This document shows, in pieces, positions 18,567-29,240 of a stretch of DNA of 64,000 bases (position 1 is its first letter; each line of letters opens with the position of its first letter). Origin of the DNA: an uncultured Clostridia bacterium. Lineage in GTDB: Bacteria; Bacillota; Clostridia; Christensenellales; CAG-314. The translations under genes and the position numbers were made by a program. The stretch is from positions 76,311 to 140,310 of the forward strand of contig CALVWF010000005.1 of NCBI GenBank assembly GCA_944364615.1. The letters are read 5' to 3'. A model generated the notes under the pieces. It saw nothing but the letters and a program-made list of their open reading frames with translations, was not told the DNA's origin and ran no database searches.

Positions 18567-19121
18567 TTACTTGGCAAACTGCTCCAACAACTCGTCTACC
18601 GTGTAAACACGTGCGCCGTAAACTTCTTTAAGGTACTTGATACCGCTCTTGTAGTCTTCCTCGGTAAATGCATCAGTTGCGTCACTTGCCACCACTACAT
18701 TGTAGCCTAAGCAGTAAGCGTCGGCGGATGTGTGTCTTACGCACATGTGAGTGTGCAGTCCCGTCATTACAACCGTGTCCGCTCCCAGTTCGTGCAACAG
18801 CAAGTCGAGATCGGTGTGGAAAAATCCGCTGTACCTGCGCTTGGGCACAACGTAATCCTTGTCGCACAGTTCGAGTTCGGGAATTACTTCCGCCCCTTTG
18901 GTACCTGCAATCGCATGATCTCCCCACAGTTTAAGTTCGTGGTCTATTCCCTTTAAATGTGCGTCGTTGCAGAAAATAACGGGTACTCCCGCTTTTCTTG
19001 CGCCTTCAAGCAATTGCGCCGTCTTCGGAACGATTTTAAGTCCTCTGTCACATTTCAATGCACCCGTCACAAAATCGTTGAGCATATCAACGACCAGAAT
19101 TGCCGTGTTGTTCTTAGCCAT
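18567..19121 (-). CDS. isochorismatase-family cysteine hydrolase (nicotinamidase/PncA-like)
   Basis: 184 aa with LVVDMLNDF (catalytic Asp region), a K in RYSGF context and a GLHTHMCV catalytic Cys motif. Confidence 0.8.
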   Translation of the reverse strand: MAKNNTAILVVDMLNDFVTGALKCDRGLKIVPKTAQLLEGARKAGVPVIFCNDAHLKGIDHELKLWGDHAIAGTKGAEVIPELELCDKDYVVPKRRYSGFFHTDLDLLLHELGADTVVMTGLHTHMCVRHTSADAYCLGYNVVVASDATDAFTEEDYKSGIKYLKEVYGARVYTVDELLEQFAK

Positions 19122-19325
19122 AATACATTACCTCCATTGTCGTCAATAAAAGTATACCACTAATCGGCAAAATGTCAAATTATTGCATAATATACAGTAA
19201 CTTTTACGGCGTCACAGTATTAAAATCGACTGACTTACAAAACATTACAATATTTTTTAAATTTGGGGTTTACTTTTTTAATACAGTAGTGTAAAATTGT
19301 ATTATTAAACAGGAGGTACAAACTT

Positions 19326-19550
19326 ATGGCTAAAAAGAAAGGTTACTTAAACTTGGGACTGGGCTGGTTGCTCAACCTCATTCTCGCTATCATTCCCGTC
19401 ACGAGTTGGTTGCTCGGCGGCATTACGCGTATACAGAGAGGACATTTGATTTCCGGTATTCTTCAATTGCTGTTGATAGGCGAAGTTATCTTCTATTTCG
19501 TCGACCTCGTTACCGTGATTATTTCCGGAGACCTCAGGTTTTTTGCTTGA
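19326..19550 (+). CDS. small two-helix membrane protein
   Basis: 74 aa with a strong RBS (AGGAGG 8 nt upstream) and two hydrophobic helices. A hairpin plus T-run follows at about 19566-19597. Confidence 0.55.
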   Translation: MAKKKGYLNLGLGWLLNLILAIIPVTSWLLGGITRIQRGHLISGILQLLLIGEVIFYFVDLVTVIISGDLRFFA

Positions 19551-19911
19551 AAATCACAACGAACGGCGCAGAACGGGTACACTGTTCTGCGCTTTTTTGC
19601 GCTCCGAACATTTGGACGGATTTTAGCCGTATGGCGTTTTGCAACGCTATTGCGCTTAATAGGCACAAACATTTTACCGCACAGCCGCATTGCAACGCAC
19701 CGCGTATTTATTGACTACCGATGCAACGGTAAATTTCAACCGTTTTAAATGTTGAAGAAAATTCCGAGACGATTTTACGCTGTTCTATATTCGAGCGCAT
19801 TACATCCCGGTCCTCTGTATCTTACACCGCTTGTCGTCGTTGACTGTTACGTCAGGAACATTCATTGCGTATTAAAATTTTAATATGCTCTGTTTTTTTT
19901 GAAAACGGGTG

Positions 19912-19940
19912 TTGACAAACGCAACGTTTGACTGTAAAAT
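19912..19940 (+). promoter_or_regulatory. sigma-A-type promoter of the T-box/trpB unit
   Basis: TTGACA (19912-17), a 17-nt spacer, then TAAAAT (19935-40). Confidence 0.7.
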
Positions 19941-19946
19941 ACATCT

Positions 19947-20220
19947 ATACATACAAACCGTTGAAGCGGAAGTAAAGGCAACGATGACTTCACAGAGAGC
20001 CTGCGATGGTGAAAATCAGGCAAGAAACAAGTTGTCAAATGGGCCGCCGAGGGTGTAGTCAAATGCACTTGTGCAAAGTATTCTACAACGTGTTGACATA
20101 CGTCAGTTGTCGGGAATATGTCTGTATTCCTCAAAGCGCACGGCGGCAGCCGTGAATCAGGGTGGCACCGCGGATAGTTTATTCGTCCTTGACAGAGTTT
20201 TTCTGTCGAGGACTTTTTTT
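19947..20220 (+). promoter_or_regulatory. T-box riboswitch leader, probable Trp (UGG) specifier
   Basis: Stem I elements AGAGAG (about 19994) and GGTGAAAA (about 20008), and a candidate specifier UGG at 20040-42 followed by a purine. The conserved T-box sequence AATCAGGGTGGCACCGCG is at 20155-20172. The terminator gtccttgacagag/ctgtcgaggac plus T7 is at 20185-20220. The downstream gene is trpB. Confidence 0.85.
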
Positions 20221-20360
20221 GTTTTAAACAATATCGGAGGTAAAAATGACTTTACTTACAAGACGATGGCGCACGTTCGAGTAAACGCAACAACAAAAAA
20301 CGCGACAAATTTTCAGATGAAAAGAAAAAAATTTAATTTTAAAACTTAAAGAGGTACAAA

Positions 20361-21581
20361 ATGAAAGTCAACAACATAGATTTCGAAACTTATTTAAAAG
20401 ATTACCCCGACGACAGGGGATACTTCGGCAAATACGGAGGCTGTTATATAGACGGAAAACTGCAAAAAGCAATGCAGGAAATAACCGACGCTTACTTTAC
20501 AATCTGCAAGTCTCGCAAGTTCATAAACGAACTTCGGCGCATACGCAAGGAGTTTCAAGGAAGACCTACGCCCGTTTCCCATCTCGAAAGGCTGTCCAAC
20601 AAACTGGGCAATGTACAGTTGTACGCCAAACGTGAAGATCTCAACCATACGGGAGCGCACAAACTCAATCACTGTATGGGCGAAGCGTTGCTTGCCAAGT
20701 ATATGGGCAAAACAAAGTTGATTGCGGAAACGGGAGCGGGACAGCACGGAGTGGCTCTTGCCACCGCCGCCGCTTACTTCGGATTGCAATGCGACATATA
20801 TATGGGAAGCGTAGACATAAAAAAGCAGGCTCCCAACGTAGCGAGAATGAAGATACTCGGAGCAAAAGTAATAGAAGTTACCGACGGAATGCAGACGCTG
20901 AAAGAGGCTGTGGACAGCGCGTTCGAAGCCTACGGCAGAGAATACGACCATGCCATTTACTGTATAGGCTCGGTTGTGGGACCTCATCCCTTCCCGATGA
21001 TGGTAAGAGATTTTCAAAGCGTGGTAGGAATAGAAGCGCGCAGTCAGTTTACCGAAATGACGGGAGAACTGCCCGATGCCGTCGTAGCCTGCGTGGGAGG
21101 CGGTTCGAATTCGATGGGAATATTTGCCGGATTTTTAAACGACCACGTTAAATTGTACGGAGTAGAACCGTTGGGACGGGGAAAAAATACGGGTGACCAC
21201 GCCGCAAGTCTCAACTACGGAACGGAAGGAATAATGCACGGTTTCAACAGTCTGATGCTGAAAGACGACAAGGGAAATCCCGCGCCCGTTTATTCGGTTG
21301 CCAGCGGACTGGATTACCCGTCGTCGGGGCCCGAACATGCGTTCTTACACGATGTTGGCAGAATAAAATACGACGTGATTTCCGACGACGAAACAATCGA
21401 CGCCTTTTTCACGCTGTCCAGACTGGAGGGAATTATTCCTGCAATAGAAAGCGCGCATGCTGTTGCCTACGCAATGAAACTGGCCAAAACAATGAAGAAA
21501 GGATCGGTACTTATAAATCTGTCGGGCAGAGGAGACAAAGACATGGATTTTATAATTGAAAAATACGGTATACGTTTATGA
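20361..21581 (+). CDS. trpB: tryptophan synthase beta chain (stand-alone; no trpA or other trp genes nearby)
   Basis: 406 aa. The PLP-lysine region [23 protein letters not shown] and GGGSNSMG are all canonical TrpB motifs. Confidence 0.9.
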   Translation: MKVNNIDFETYLKDYPDDRGYFGKYGGCYIDGKLQKAMQEITDAYFTICKSRKFINELRRIRKEFQGRPTPVSHLERLSNKLGNVQLYAKREDLNHTGAHKLNHCMGEALLAKYMGKTKLIAETGAGQHGVALATAAAYFGLQCDIYMGSVDIKKQAPNVARMKILGAKVIEVTDGMQTLKEAVDSAFEAYGREYDHAIYCIGSVVGPHPFPMMVRDFQSVVGIEARSQFTEMTGELPDAVVACVGGGSNSMGIFAGFLNDHVKLYGVEPLGRGKNTGDHAASLNYGTEGIMHGFNSLMLKDDKGNPAPVYSVASGLDYPSSGPEHAFLHDVGRIKYDVISDDETIDAFFTLSRLEGIIPAIESAHAVAYAMKLAKTMKKGSVLINLSGRGDKDMDFIIEKYGIRL

Positions 21582-21643
21582 TTCGCTGTAACGAAACGGA
21601 CGTTGCGCACCCCATAGCAACGGTTCGGTTTCTTTACATACCG

Positions 21644-21672
21644 CACGCCGACATTAAGTCGGCGTGTTTTTT
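21644..21672 (+). terminator. rho-independent terminator of trpB
   Basis: cacgccgac-attaa-gtcggcgtg followed by TTTTTT. Confidence 0.8.
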
Positions 21673-21771
21673 GTTTGCACGTGTCAATACACAGATCTGA
21701 CGAATTGGCACTATCATTTCAATTTCCGGAATTGTTTACAAGTCACGAAAAAATTTAAATCACTTTGCAGT

Positions 21772-21804
21772 AAAAAAGGGCGAAAAGGTCACACCTTTTC
21801 GCCC
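21772..21804 (-). terminator. rho-independent terminator closing the starch locus
   Basis: The minus strand reads gggcgaaaagg-tgtga-ccttttcgccc followed by TTTTTT, 40 nt downstream of the MalK-like stop. Confidence 0.8.
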
Positions 21805-21845
21805 CTCTGTCTTGTTAAAAAACCGACGACGTCACCAATCGAACA

Positions 21846-23882
21846 TCAGATGATGCGTATTCCTCGCAAGGTTTCCACTACTCCCAACCTGGGAAGATTG
21901 AGCGCGAGTTTTACGTTGTCGCCCTGCTTTACACCGCTGTTGCCGAGATACACATTGACTTGTGCTTCGCCTGCTTTTACAACGGCGATTTTTTCCGTTC
22001 CGTAGTCCAGTATTTTTTCCACAACGCCCTCTATACCGCTGTCGGCTGTCATCACGTCGTATATACCGAAGTCCACGGTCAGTTCCGTTTCAAACGCTTT
22101 GCGTCCCAAAGCGTTGAAAATCTTTGTCGCGATATAGTCTGTAAGGTAAATTTCTGCCCCGGCAACTTCAAGTGCGAAGTTGTATTTCTTTTTGCCCGTC
22201 TGCTCCTTTACGACGCGGGCGCTTAACGTGTTTGTAAGCGCAAATGCCTCAGTAACTTTTTCCTCGCCTGTAAAGGTCACTTTTTTCCAATCAACGGCAA
22301 CGGAAAGCGTCTTCACGTTGTCCACGCCGTTGCCGATGGCAAACAGTTTGTTTTTGTTTACTTTCAGTCTCAGCAAACGCGTCTTGCCTATATCTTCCAC
22401 CGACTCTATTTCGGCGTCGAAAGCCTTGTTAAACTGCAACTCGTATTGTTCGAACTGTTCGCAAGGGTAGGTTTTAACCAGATTTTTAAGTGCTTTGTTA
22501 GCGTATTTTTCCCCTACAGGCTCAACGGAACACAATTTGTGCGATTCTTCCACAGAGGTTAGTGGCGTTTCAAAGCCCTTGAATATAAACGCGTCGGATG
22601 GGATGTTGAGGATGTAGTCGCCGTCGGGCAAATCTATTGCAGACGGCAATGCGATGTCAGCGCCCAACAAATCGACCTTGCCGCTCTTTACCTTTGCTTT
22701 TACAAGATTGTATTGCGGAATTCGCGGCATAATGGTCATTTCCGTTTCGTTGTCAAACAGATGTATGCACTGCGGGTCTATCGCGACGGTGATGTCCTGA
22801 TTTTTGTCTATTTCCGCCTTCGGATCGACTTTTAACGTAAGACGTGTGGACGAATCGCCTATAGCGTCGTTTTCCTCGTCCAGTTCACAGTAAACAATAG
22901 TTTCGCTTCCCAACGCTTCGATAAGACTTGTACGACAGGTAAACGCCGTTTCCTTGTGCTCCGATACAAATTTTTCATCCCAATGAACGTCCTCAGGTCT
23001 GACTCCCAGAGTCACCGTCGTGTTGCCGTCCAGATATTTACCGTCCGTCTTTGCCACGACATCTTCGTCCAGCAAAATTTTCCTGTTGTTTGCAAACGTG
23101 ACTTCCACCTTTCCGCCCTCCGTCTTTTTCAACGTGGCGTCGAAGAAGTTCATTTGCGGAGTGCCTATAAACCCTGCCACAAATTTGTTTGCCGGATATT
23201 TGTAAAGATTTTTGGGAGTATCTATCTGCTGTACAACGCCCAGTTTCATTACCACTATTCTCGTACCCATTGTCATGGCTTCAACCTGGTCGTGAGTTAC
23301 GTAAATGAATGTGGTCTGCAACTTGTTGTGAAGTTTACTTATTTCCGTTCTCATCTGAGCGCGCAGTTTAGCGTCAAGGTTACTGAGCGGTTCGTCCAAC
23401 AGGAACACCTTGGGATCACGCACTATCGCTCTGCCCAGCGAAACTCTCTGACGCTGACCGCCCGACAACGCGCGGGGTTTTCTGTCAAGGAATTGTTCGA
23501 TATCCAATATACGCGCCGCTTCGTTGACTCTGTCGTTGATTTCTTCCTTGGTAAACTTTTTGCTCAGTTCCAACGCGAAAGCCATATTTTCCCGAACCGT
23601 CATATGAGGATACAGAGCATAGTTCTGGAAAACCATTGCAATGTTTCTTTCCTTCGGTTCGACGTCGTTTACCACCTCGTCGCCTATCATAAGTTCGCCC
23701 GCCGTAATTTCTTCCAACCCCGCTATCATCCTCAGAGTTGTACTTTTACCGCAGCCGGAAGGTCCTACAAAGACAATAAACTCCTTGTCTTCTATTTCCA
23801 TACAGAAATCGTTGACGGCTTTGACTCCGTTTGCGCCGTTGTCATACACTTTGTATATGTGTTTTAAACTTAAACTTGCCAT
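21846..23882 (-). CDS. sugar ABC transporter ATPase (MalK/MsmX-like) with roughly 280-aa C-terminal extension
   Basis: Residues 1-395 form a complete MalK-type NBD plus TOBE-like regulatory domain (Walker [38 protein letters not shown]). Residues 396-678 are an extra region with no motif I recognise, except TOBE-like beta-rich repeats. Confidence 0.85.
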   Translation of the reverse strand: MASLSLKHIYKVYDNGANGVKAVNDFCMEIEDKEFIVFVGPSGCGKSTTLRMIAGLEEITAGELMIGDEVVNDVEPKERNIAMVFQNYALYPHMTVRENMAFALELSKKFTKEEINDRVNEAARILDIEQFLDRKPRALSGGQRQRVSLGRAIVRDPKVFLLDEPLSNLDAKLRAQMRTEISKLHNKLQTTFIYVTHDQVEAMTMGTRIVVMKLGVVQQIDTPKNLYKYPANKFVAGFIGTPQMNFFDATLKKTEGGKVEVTFANNRKILLDEDVVAKTDGKYLDGNTTVTLGVRPEDVHWDEKFVSEHKETAFTCRTSLIEALGSETIVYCELDEENDAIGDSSTRLTLKVDPKAEIDKNQDITVAIDPQCIHLFDNETEMTIMPRIPQYNLVKAKVKSGKVDLLGADIALPSAIDLPDGDYILNIPSDAFIFKGFETPLTSVEESHKLCSVEPVGEKYANKALKNLVKTYPCEQFEQYELQFNKAFDAEIESVEDIGKTRLLRLKVNKNKLFAIGNGVDNVKTLSVAVDWKKVTFTGEEKVTEAFALTNTLSARVVKEQTGKKKYNFALEVAGAEIYLTDYIATKIFNALGRKAFETELTVDFGIYDVMTADSGIEGVVEKILDYGTEKIAVVKAGEAQVNVYLGNSGVKQGDNVKLALNLPRLGVVETLRGIRII

Positions 23883-23896
23883 AACACAATTACCTC

Positions 23897-26782
23897 TTAA
23901 TCCTGAACAAGTATATATGTTGTGTAAGCAGGCACAACTACCGCGCCGTTACCAACAGTTACAGTACTGTCGAAATTGAACGTACCGTCCTTGCTGTTGC
24001 CAATCAGTCTCCAACTGTCGCTGAAAGTTATACTGCTGCTTGTGGTACCTGCATTGCAGATAACCATCACTTTACTGTATTGATCGGCAGCATTCATTCT
24101 TTCCGTACAGAATACGAGCGTCTGCGAATTTGCACCCGGCATTGCGTATCCGTCGGAGAAGTTGTAAATACCGTTGGTCATTATCGCGTCGCCGCGACAA
24201 ATCGTAGTGAACCGCTGTGTACGCAGTTCTATAAGTCCCTTGTACCAATTGAACAGCGAAGCAAATTCTTCCTGTCTGTAATAGTCAAATGCGTTGATTT
24301 TGTCCTGAGCATTGTAACTGTTGTGGTTGCCGTATTTGGTACGAGCGATTTCCTCTCCTGCAAGTATGAAACTTGTGCCTTTGCCCATAAGCGTGATGGA
24401 AGCAGCCATCATGTTTCGGCGAAGAACAAGGCTGTTGCCCTCCGAGTACACGGTGGGAGTCACCGTACCTACCGTCGTTGCCACCAACTGATCCCACAAC
24501 GTGTAGTTGTCGTGTGACGTTGTATAAATTACTGACTTGTCAGAGGTAAGTTGTCCCCAGTGAGATCCTCCCTGCATACCTACCAGCAACCTGTTGTAAA
24601 TGTCCGAGGATGTATTGCCGTTGACAAATCCGGAAGACAGCGAGTTGTTACCCTTTACGCCCTCTCTTACCGTATCGTTAAACACCTTTATTCCTTCGCT
24701 GAGCAGATGTACGTTGCTCATATTTGCGACGGACAAACCGTAGGCGGGATCCAGTCCTACCGTTGCGGCTGCCCAAGGTTCGCCGTACATGAGTATTCCG
24801 GAACCCCCTTCCACCTTGGTGTCGAGTGCCTGACGTATCATGTTCATTGTTTCGGTGTCGTGGCATCCCATCAGGTCAAAACGGAAACCGTCGATGTGGT
24901 ATTCCTGTGCCCAGTACAGCAACGAATTTATCATGTAACTGCGGTACATTTCTCTTTCGCTTGCAGTTTCGTTACTGCAACCTGTGCCGTCGCTTAGGTT
25001 GTAAATTCCTAAAAGATTGGTTGTCCACGACTGCATACCGAATGTGCCCGCCTCGCCTGACAGTTCCTGACGGTAATAGTAACCGGGAACGGTCTGATCG
25101 AACCAACCGTTTGAAGTATACGTGTGATTGTACACAACGTCCATAATCACACCGATACCTGCCTGATGCAACGCCTGCACCATCTGCTTGAATTCGTTTA
25201 TACGCACGGCGCCGTCTTCGGCATTTGTTGCGTAACTTCCCTCGGGGACATTGTAGTTTTTAGGATCGTATCCCCAGTTTTGCTTCGTAGCGTAATCGAT
25301 ATTGTTGTTATACTCCTCGTCCACCGTTGCGAAATCGTAGACGGGATTGAGATGTACATATGTAACGCCCAGTTCTTTAAGATAAGAAATACCGGTCTTT
25401 ACGTTGTCGTTTCCTTTGGCTGTGGTGTCCTGTTCGGTAAAGGCAAGATACTTGCCCTTGTAAGTAATACCGCTGTCGGCGGAAATGGAAAAGTCACGCA
25501 CGTGTATTTCCCATATAACGGGAACAAGCGAATTGTTTTGCCTTATTTCTTCGGCAAGTTTCAGATCCTCATCCCATCCGTCGGGATCGGTAGCATCCAG
25601 GTCGCACACCATTGCTCTGTTGCCGTTTATTCCTACCGCTGTAGCGTAAGGATCGCACACTTCGTTTACCGAACCCGCAACATAGTTGGTGTACGTATAA
25701 TAAATTCCGTCCAGATCGCCTTTTACCGTTGCTTCCCATACTCCCTTGCCGGTCATGGTCATCGCTACGGCACTGTCATACAAAGTGTCATCCGTTTCGT
25801 CCCCGGAAACATACAGATTTATAAGGACGTTGGTAGAAACGGGAGCCCACAATCTGAATGTAGTTTCTGTGGGAGTATAAGTGCAACCCAATTCGATGTC
25901 TGTCAGCCCGTCGCCGTCGGCGTCGGCAGGAAGACAATCGCTTTTAAACTGTTCGGACAGGTAAAGTCTTGTCTTGTCTATGGCAGTCGGGAATGCGTAC
26001 CCGTCCATCCACAACATATAATCGGCATTCCAGTCGAAGTTGTCGATGTCCACGGCAATTCTGCTGTTGAGACCTTCGCCCGTAAGCACTTCCGTCACGT
26101 TGCCTGACGCTACCTGTTCGCCCTGTTCGTCTGCAATCGTGTCCGTCACTTCGTAAATTCTGTAGCCTGTTTCGTTGGTTACCAAAGACGTGGTCTGAAT
26201 ATACACGTTGTTGAAATCGTCAAATCTTGCCGATTCGATTCGTTCAAATGCCGATTGCGCAGCGGCAAGCGAAGTGTAATTGTTCTTGTCACCTGCAATT
26301 ATCCAAACCTCGTAAGTGTTGTTCTGGTCAAGAGTCACTTCGAGGAATCTGTCGCTGGACAGGTCTTTTCCCTTGTTACCGCACCAGTAAGGAGTATAGG
26401 TGTTTGTTTCGTCCACATACGCCCTTACCATTATCAGTCCGAGTTTCTTACCCGATTTGACCGCACTTGTTTCCATTGCGTTCAATGTAATCGTGTAGGT
26501 CTGTCCGATGTTGTCGTCCCTGTAAAAATCCGGATCCTTGCCGTCGGTGGGCACAATCTTACCGATGTCTATCCAGTAGTACGCTCCCCATGAGATGTCG
26601 TTTTTACCCTCCCACTGGTCGTATTCGTACTGCCCGTCACCGTTGTAAAAGTGTACGATCACCTTAGCCGAATCACTGTTTTCGGCGATTGCATTGCCTA
26701 TTGTCTGAACAGGCAACAGATTAAACGCCATTACAAACAGCAAAACAATGCTCAAAATTCTGATTTTGTTTAATGTCTTCAT
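23897..26782 (-). CDS. pulA: secreted type I pullulanase (GH13, with N-terminal CBM41/48-like modules)
   Basis: The start is taken at [20 protein letters not shown] (Sec signal, AIA/EN). The longer ORF would overlap malG. GH13 regions are present: [20 protein letters not shown] (pullulanase-specific) and TSHDN. A CBM48-like TFRLWAP...GVWE segment precedes the catalytic domain. Confidence 0.88.
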   Translation of the reverse strand: MKTLNKIRILSIVLLFVMAFNLLPVQTIGNAIAENSDSAKVIVHFYNGDGQYEYDQWEGKNDISWGAYYWIDIGKIVPTDGKDPDFYRDDNIGQTYTITLNAMETSAVKSGKKLGLIMVRAYVDETNTYTPYWCGNKGKDLSSDRFLEVTLDQNNTYEVWIIAGDKNNYTSLAAAQSAFERIESARFDDFNNVYIQTTSLVTNETGYRIYEVTDTIADEQGEQVASGNVTEVLTGEGLNSRIAVDIDNFDWNADYMLWMDGYAFPTAIDKTRLYLSEQFKSDCLPADADGDGLTDIELGCTYTPTETTFRLWAPVSTNVLINLYVSGDETDDTLYDSAVAMTMTGKGVWEATVKGDLDGIYYTYTNYVAGSVNEVCDPYATAVGINGNRAMVCDLDATDPDGWDEDLKLAEEIRQNNSLVPVIWEIHVRDFSISADSGITYKGKYLAFTEQDTTAKGNDNVKTGISYLKELGVTYVHLNPVYDFATVDEEYNNNIDYATKQNWGYDPKNYNVPEGSYATNAEDGAVRINEFKQMVQALHQAGIGVIMDVVYNHTYTSNGWFDQTVPGYYYRQELSGEAGTFGMQSWTTNLLGIYNLSDGTGCSNETASEREMYRSYMINSLLYWAQEYHIDGFRFDLMGCHDTETMNMIRQALDTKVEGGSGILMYGEPWAAATVGLDPAYGLSVANMSNVHLLSEGIKVFNDTVREGVKGNNSLSSGFVNGNTSSDIYNRLLVGMQGGSHWGQLTSDKSVIYTTSHDNYTLWDQLVATTVGTVTPTVYSEGNSLVLRRNMMAASITLMGKGTSFILAGEEIARTKYGNHNSYNAQDKINAFDYYRQEEFASLFNWYKGLIELRTQRFTTICRGDAIMTNGIYNFSDGYAMPGANSQTLVFCTERMNAADQYSKVMVICNAGTTSSSITFSDSWRLIGNSKDGTFNFDSTVTVGNGAVVVPAYTTYILVQD

Positions 26783-26792
26783 AACATACCTC

Positions 26793-27698
26793 TCAGCCTT
26801 TAACGGCACCGCCCGTAATACCTTCCACAAAATATCTTTGCAGAAGCAGGAACAGAATCGTAATGGGGACAGCAACGCACACTGCGCCTGCCGCAAACAG
26901 ATTGTACCACTGCGCAGGTATTTCCGCCATTGCTATCCACCTGTACAATCCCACCGCAACTGTATAGGCTCCGCTGTTTTCTTTAAGAATAAAACTTGCA
27001 AATATAAAGTCGCCCCAAGGCGCCGTAAAACTCATCAACGCCGTGTAAACTATGATAGGTTTGGACAACGGAAGCATTATTTTTCTGAACACCTGACTGT
27101 TTGTTGCGCCGTCGATACGTGCTGCCTCGTCCAGCGATTTGCTGACGGTGTCGAAAAATCCCTTTGAAACGTAGTAACCCAAAGCCGCACTTCCCGAGTA
27201 AACCATTATAAGAGCAAGAATTTGTTTCCAGTTTTCCACGTTTCCGGCAAGTCCGATGCCTTTGAATATGTAATAAATGGCAACCATACTCATAAAGCCC
27301 GGAAACATTCCCAGTATAAGTCCGATGTTCTGAATGGTCTTTCTCGACTTGAAACGGAAACGGCTCATAACATATGCCATGCTCAGCGTGAAAAACGTAG
27401 ACAGTACCATGCACGCAAGAGATATGATCAATGTGTTGAGATACCATGTCGGAAATTCGGTTTCCGTAAACAATTTTACATACCAGTTGACGGTATAATG
27501 GGACGGAAGTATGTCCGGCGATCCGTAAGTGGACTGATAAGGAGCATCCGGTTCCATACCGAAGGATTGTAATATAAGCCATATCAAAGGCAATATCCAG
27601 CAAATACTCAAAATGGTGAGGATTGTGTAAATTGCCGATTTACTGATGGCTTTACGGCGTTTCATACCGCCGTTAGTCTTTTTAAAATCGTAATCCAT
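26793..27698 (-). CDS. sugar ABC transporter permease (MalG-like)
   Basis: 301 aa, 6 TM, with the EAA loop LDEAARIDGATNSQVFRKIMLP. A 1-nt TAATG overlap with the upstream permease. Confidence 0.9.
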   Translation of the reverse strand: MDYDFKKTNGGMKRRKAISKSAIYTILTILSICWILPLIWLILQSFGMEPDAPYQSTYGSPDILPSHYTVNWYVKLFTETEFPTWYLNTLIISLACMVLSTFFTLSMAYVMSRFRFKSRKTIQNIGLILGMFPGFMSMVAIYYIFKGIGLAGNVENWKQILALIMVYSGSAALGYYVSKGFFDTVSKSLDEAARIDGATNSQVFRKIMLPLSKPIIVYTALMSFTAPWGDFIFASFILKENSGAYTVAVGLYRWIAMAEIPAQWYNLFAAGAVCVAVPITILFLLLQRYFVEGITGGAVKG

Positions 27699-29185
27699 TA
27701 TTGGAAATCCTCCTCATTCTTAGTACTCGAAGAGCGTCTGTAAGTTATAAGCGACACAATGGAACAAATAATAAACGTCAGAATACCTATAGTGGAAGCC
27801 AGGTTGTAGTTTCCCGTGTCATTGGTAAGGCTGTACAGCCACGTTACCAGAAGCGAAGTCGAGCCTGCGCCCTGACTGAGTTCGCCGAAAGGACCTCCTC
27901 CTGTCAGAAGGTATATAACGTTAAAGTTGTTGATATTGCCTATAAACTGAGTTATAAGGTAAGGCCCCGTGACAAACAGTATGTAAGGCAACGTTATCTT
28001 GCGGAACATCTTGAATTTGCCTGCGCCGTCGATACGAGCCGATTCGTACAGATCTTGCGGAATGTTCATAAGAATACCCGACGTAATCAGCATCGAATAG
28101 GGAATACCGATCCACAAATTGACGGAAATGACAATAAGTCTTGCGCTGGAAGCCGTTTCGAACCAGTTGGTACGGGGGAATCCGAGTTGAACCAACAAAT
28201 TCATTATAGGTCCGAATTCGCTCAACATACTGCGCATCAGCAACAGACTGACAAACTGCGGAATGGCAATTGTCAATACAAAACACAGTCGCCATATTTT
28301 CTTGCCTTTTATTCCTTTGCTGTTTATCAGAAGCGCAAGTCCCACACCTAAAAAGTAGTTTAAAAATGTTGCGCATATTGCCCACACTATCGTCCAGCCA
28401 AGTACGGGGAAAAACGTACTGGAAAGATCGTTGGACCCCAGAAGTTTAATAAAGTTTTCAAATCCTACCCATGTAAAACCGCTTGTTTCGGGGTGAGCCG
28501 AATCGTAGTTGGTAAAGGCAATCAGTATCATGAATATCAACGGAAGTATGGTAAATATTACAACTCCCGCAAACGCCACTACCAACAACAGTATGTAAAA
28601 CTTTTTGTCAAACAGCGATTGCATGTCCTGTCTGAACGTAGAGGGTTTTACTCCTATTACGCTGTCTTTATAATTGGCAACCGCACTGCGTATATTTAAA
28701 AGGTACACCGCAATAAAAGCGAACACCACAATTACGGCAACTACGCCGTACAACAAAAACAGCATTGAGTTGTCGCCAGGGACATTTACTTCGATGCCGG
28801 TACCGAGATCTACGTCGTAGTAAGTGTAGGTAAAGTTTGTACCCAATGTTACCAGCCCGGCAAGAGAACCTACTCCGTTAAAAGCCATATAAAGTATAAA
28901 CAGCAACTCAATGGCAAGATATCCCAGACCTTTGACGATCTGACCGTGTGCAAACGCACCGCTACCCATAATAAAGTAACTGCATCTGACGCCTGCGTCC
29001 CCCTCGGCAAAGTTTCTGCCGAAACGGACAAATCCGTCTGCTATTTTTCTACCGAATTTTTTGAGGTTTGTGGGGATTTTTCTGAAAAACCCCACAAACG
29101 ATCTGCCGAAATTCCTAAACCAACCGGCAATTTTATTGCCGACGTTTGCAAAGAATCGCGACGCTTTATTAGAAGAACCTGTCAT
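27698..29185 (-). CDS. sugar ABC transporter permease (MalF-like) with basic N-terminal extension
   Basis: 495 aa with the EAA loop LYESARIDGAGKFKMFRKITLP. The N-terminal roughly 60 aa carry a repeated FGR/FxR basic motif before the first TM helix. Confidence 0.9.
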   Translation of the reverse strand: MTGSSNKASRFFANVGNKIAGWFRNFGRSFVGFFRKIPTNLKKFGRKIADGFVRFGRNFAEGDAGVRCSYFIMGSGAFAHGQIVKGLGYLAIELLFILYMAFNGVGSLAGLVTLGTNFTYTYYDVDLGTGIEVNVPGDNSMLFLLYGVVAVIVVFAFIAVYLLNIRSAVANYKDSVIGVKPSTFRQDMQSLFDKKFYILLLVVAFAGVVIFTILPLIFMILIAFTNYDSAHPETSGFTWVGFENFIKLLGSNDLSSTFFPVLGWTIVWAICATFLNYFLGVGLALLINSKGIKGKKIWRLCFVLTIAIPQFVSLLLMRSMLSEFGPIMNLLVQLGFPRTNWFETASSARLIVISVNLWIGIPYSMLITSGILMNIPQDLYESARIDGAGKFKMFRKITLPYILFVTGPYLITQFIGNINNFNVIYLLTGGGPFGELSQGAGSTSLLVTWLYSLTNDTGNYNLASTIGILTFIICSIVSLITYRRSSSTKNEEDFQ

Positions 29186-29240
29186 AAAAATGCTTTCTCC
29201 TTCCAGTCTAATTGACTTTTAAATCAATCGCGTTGACGTA

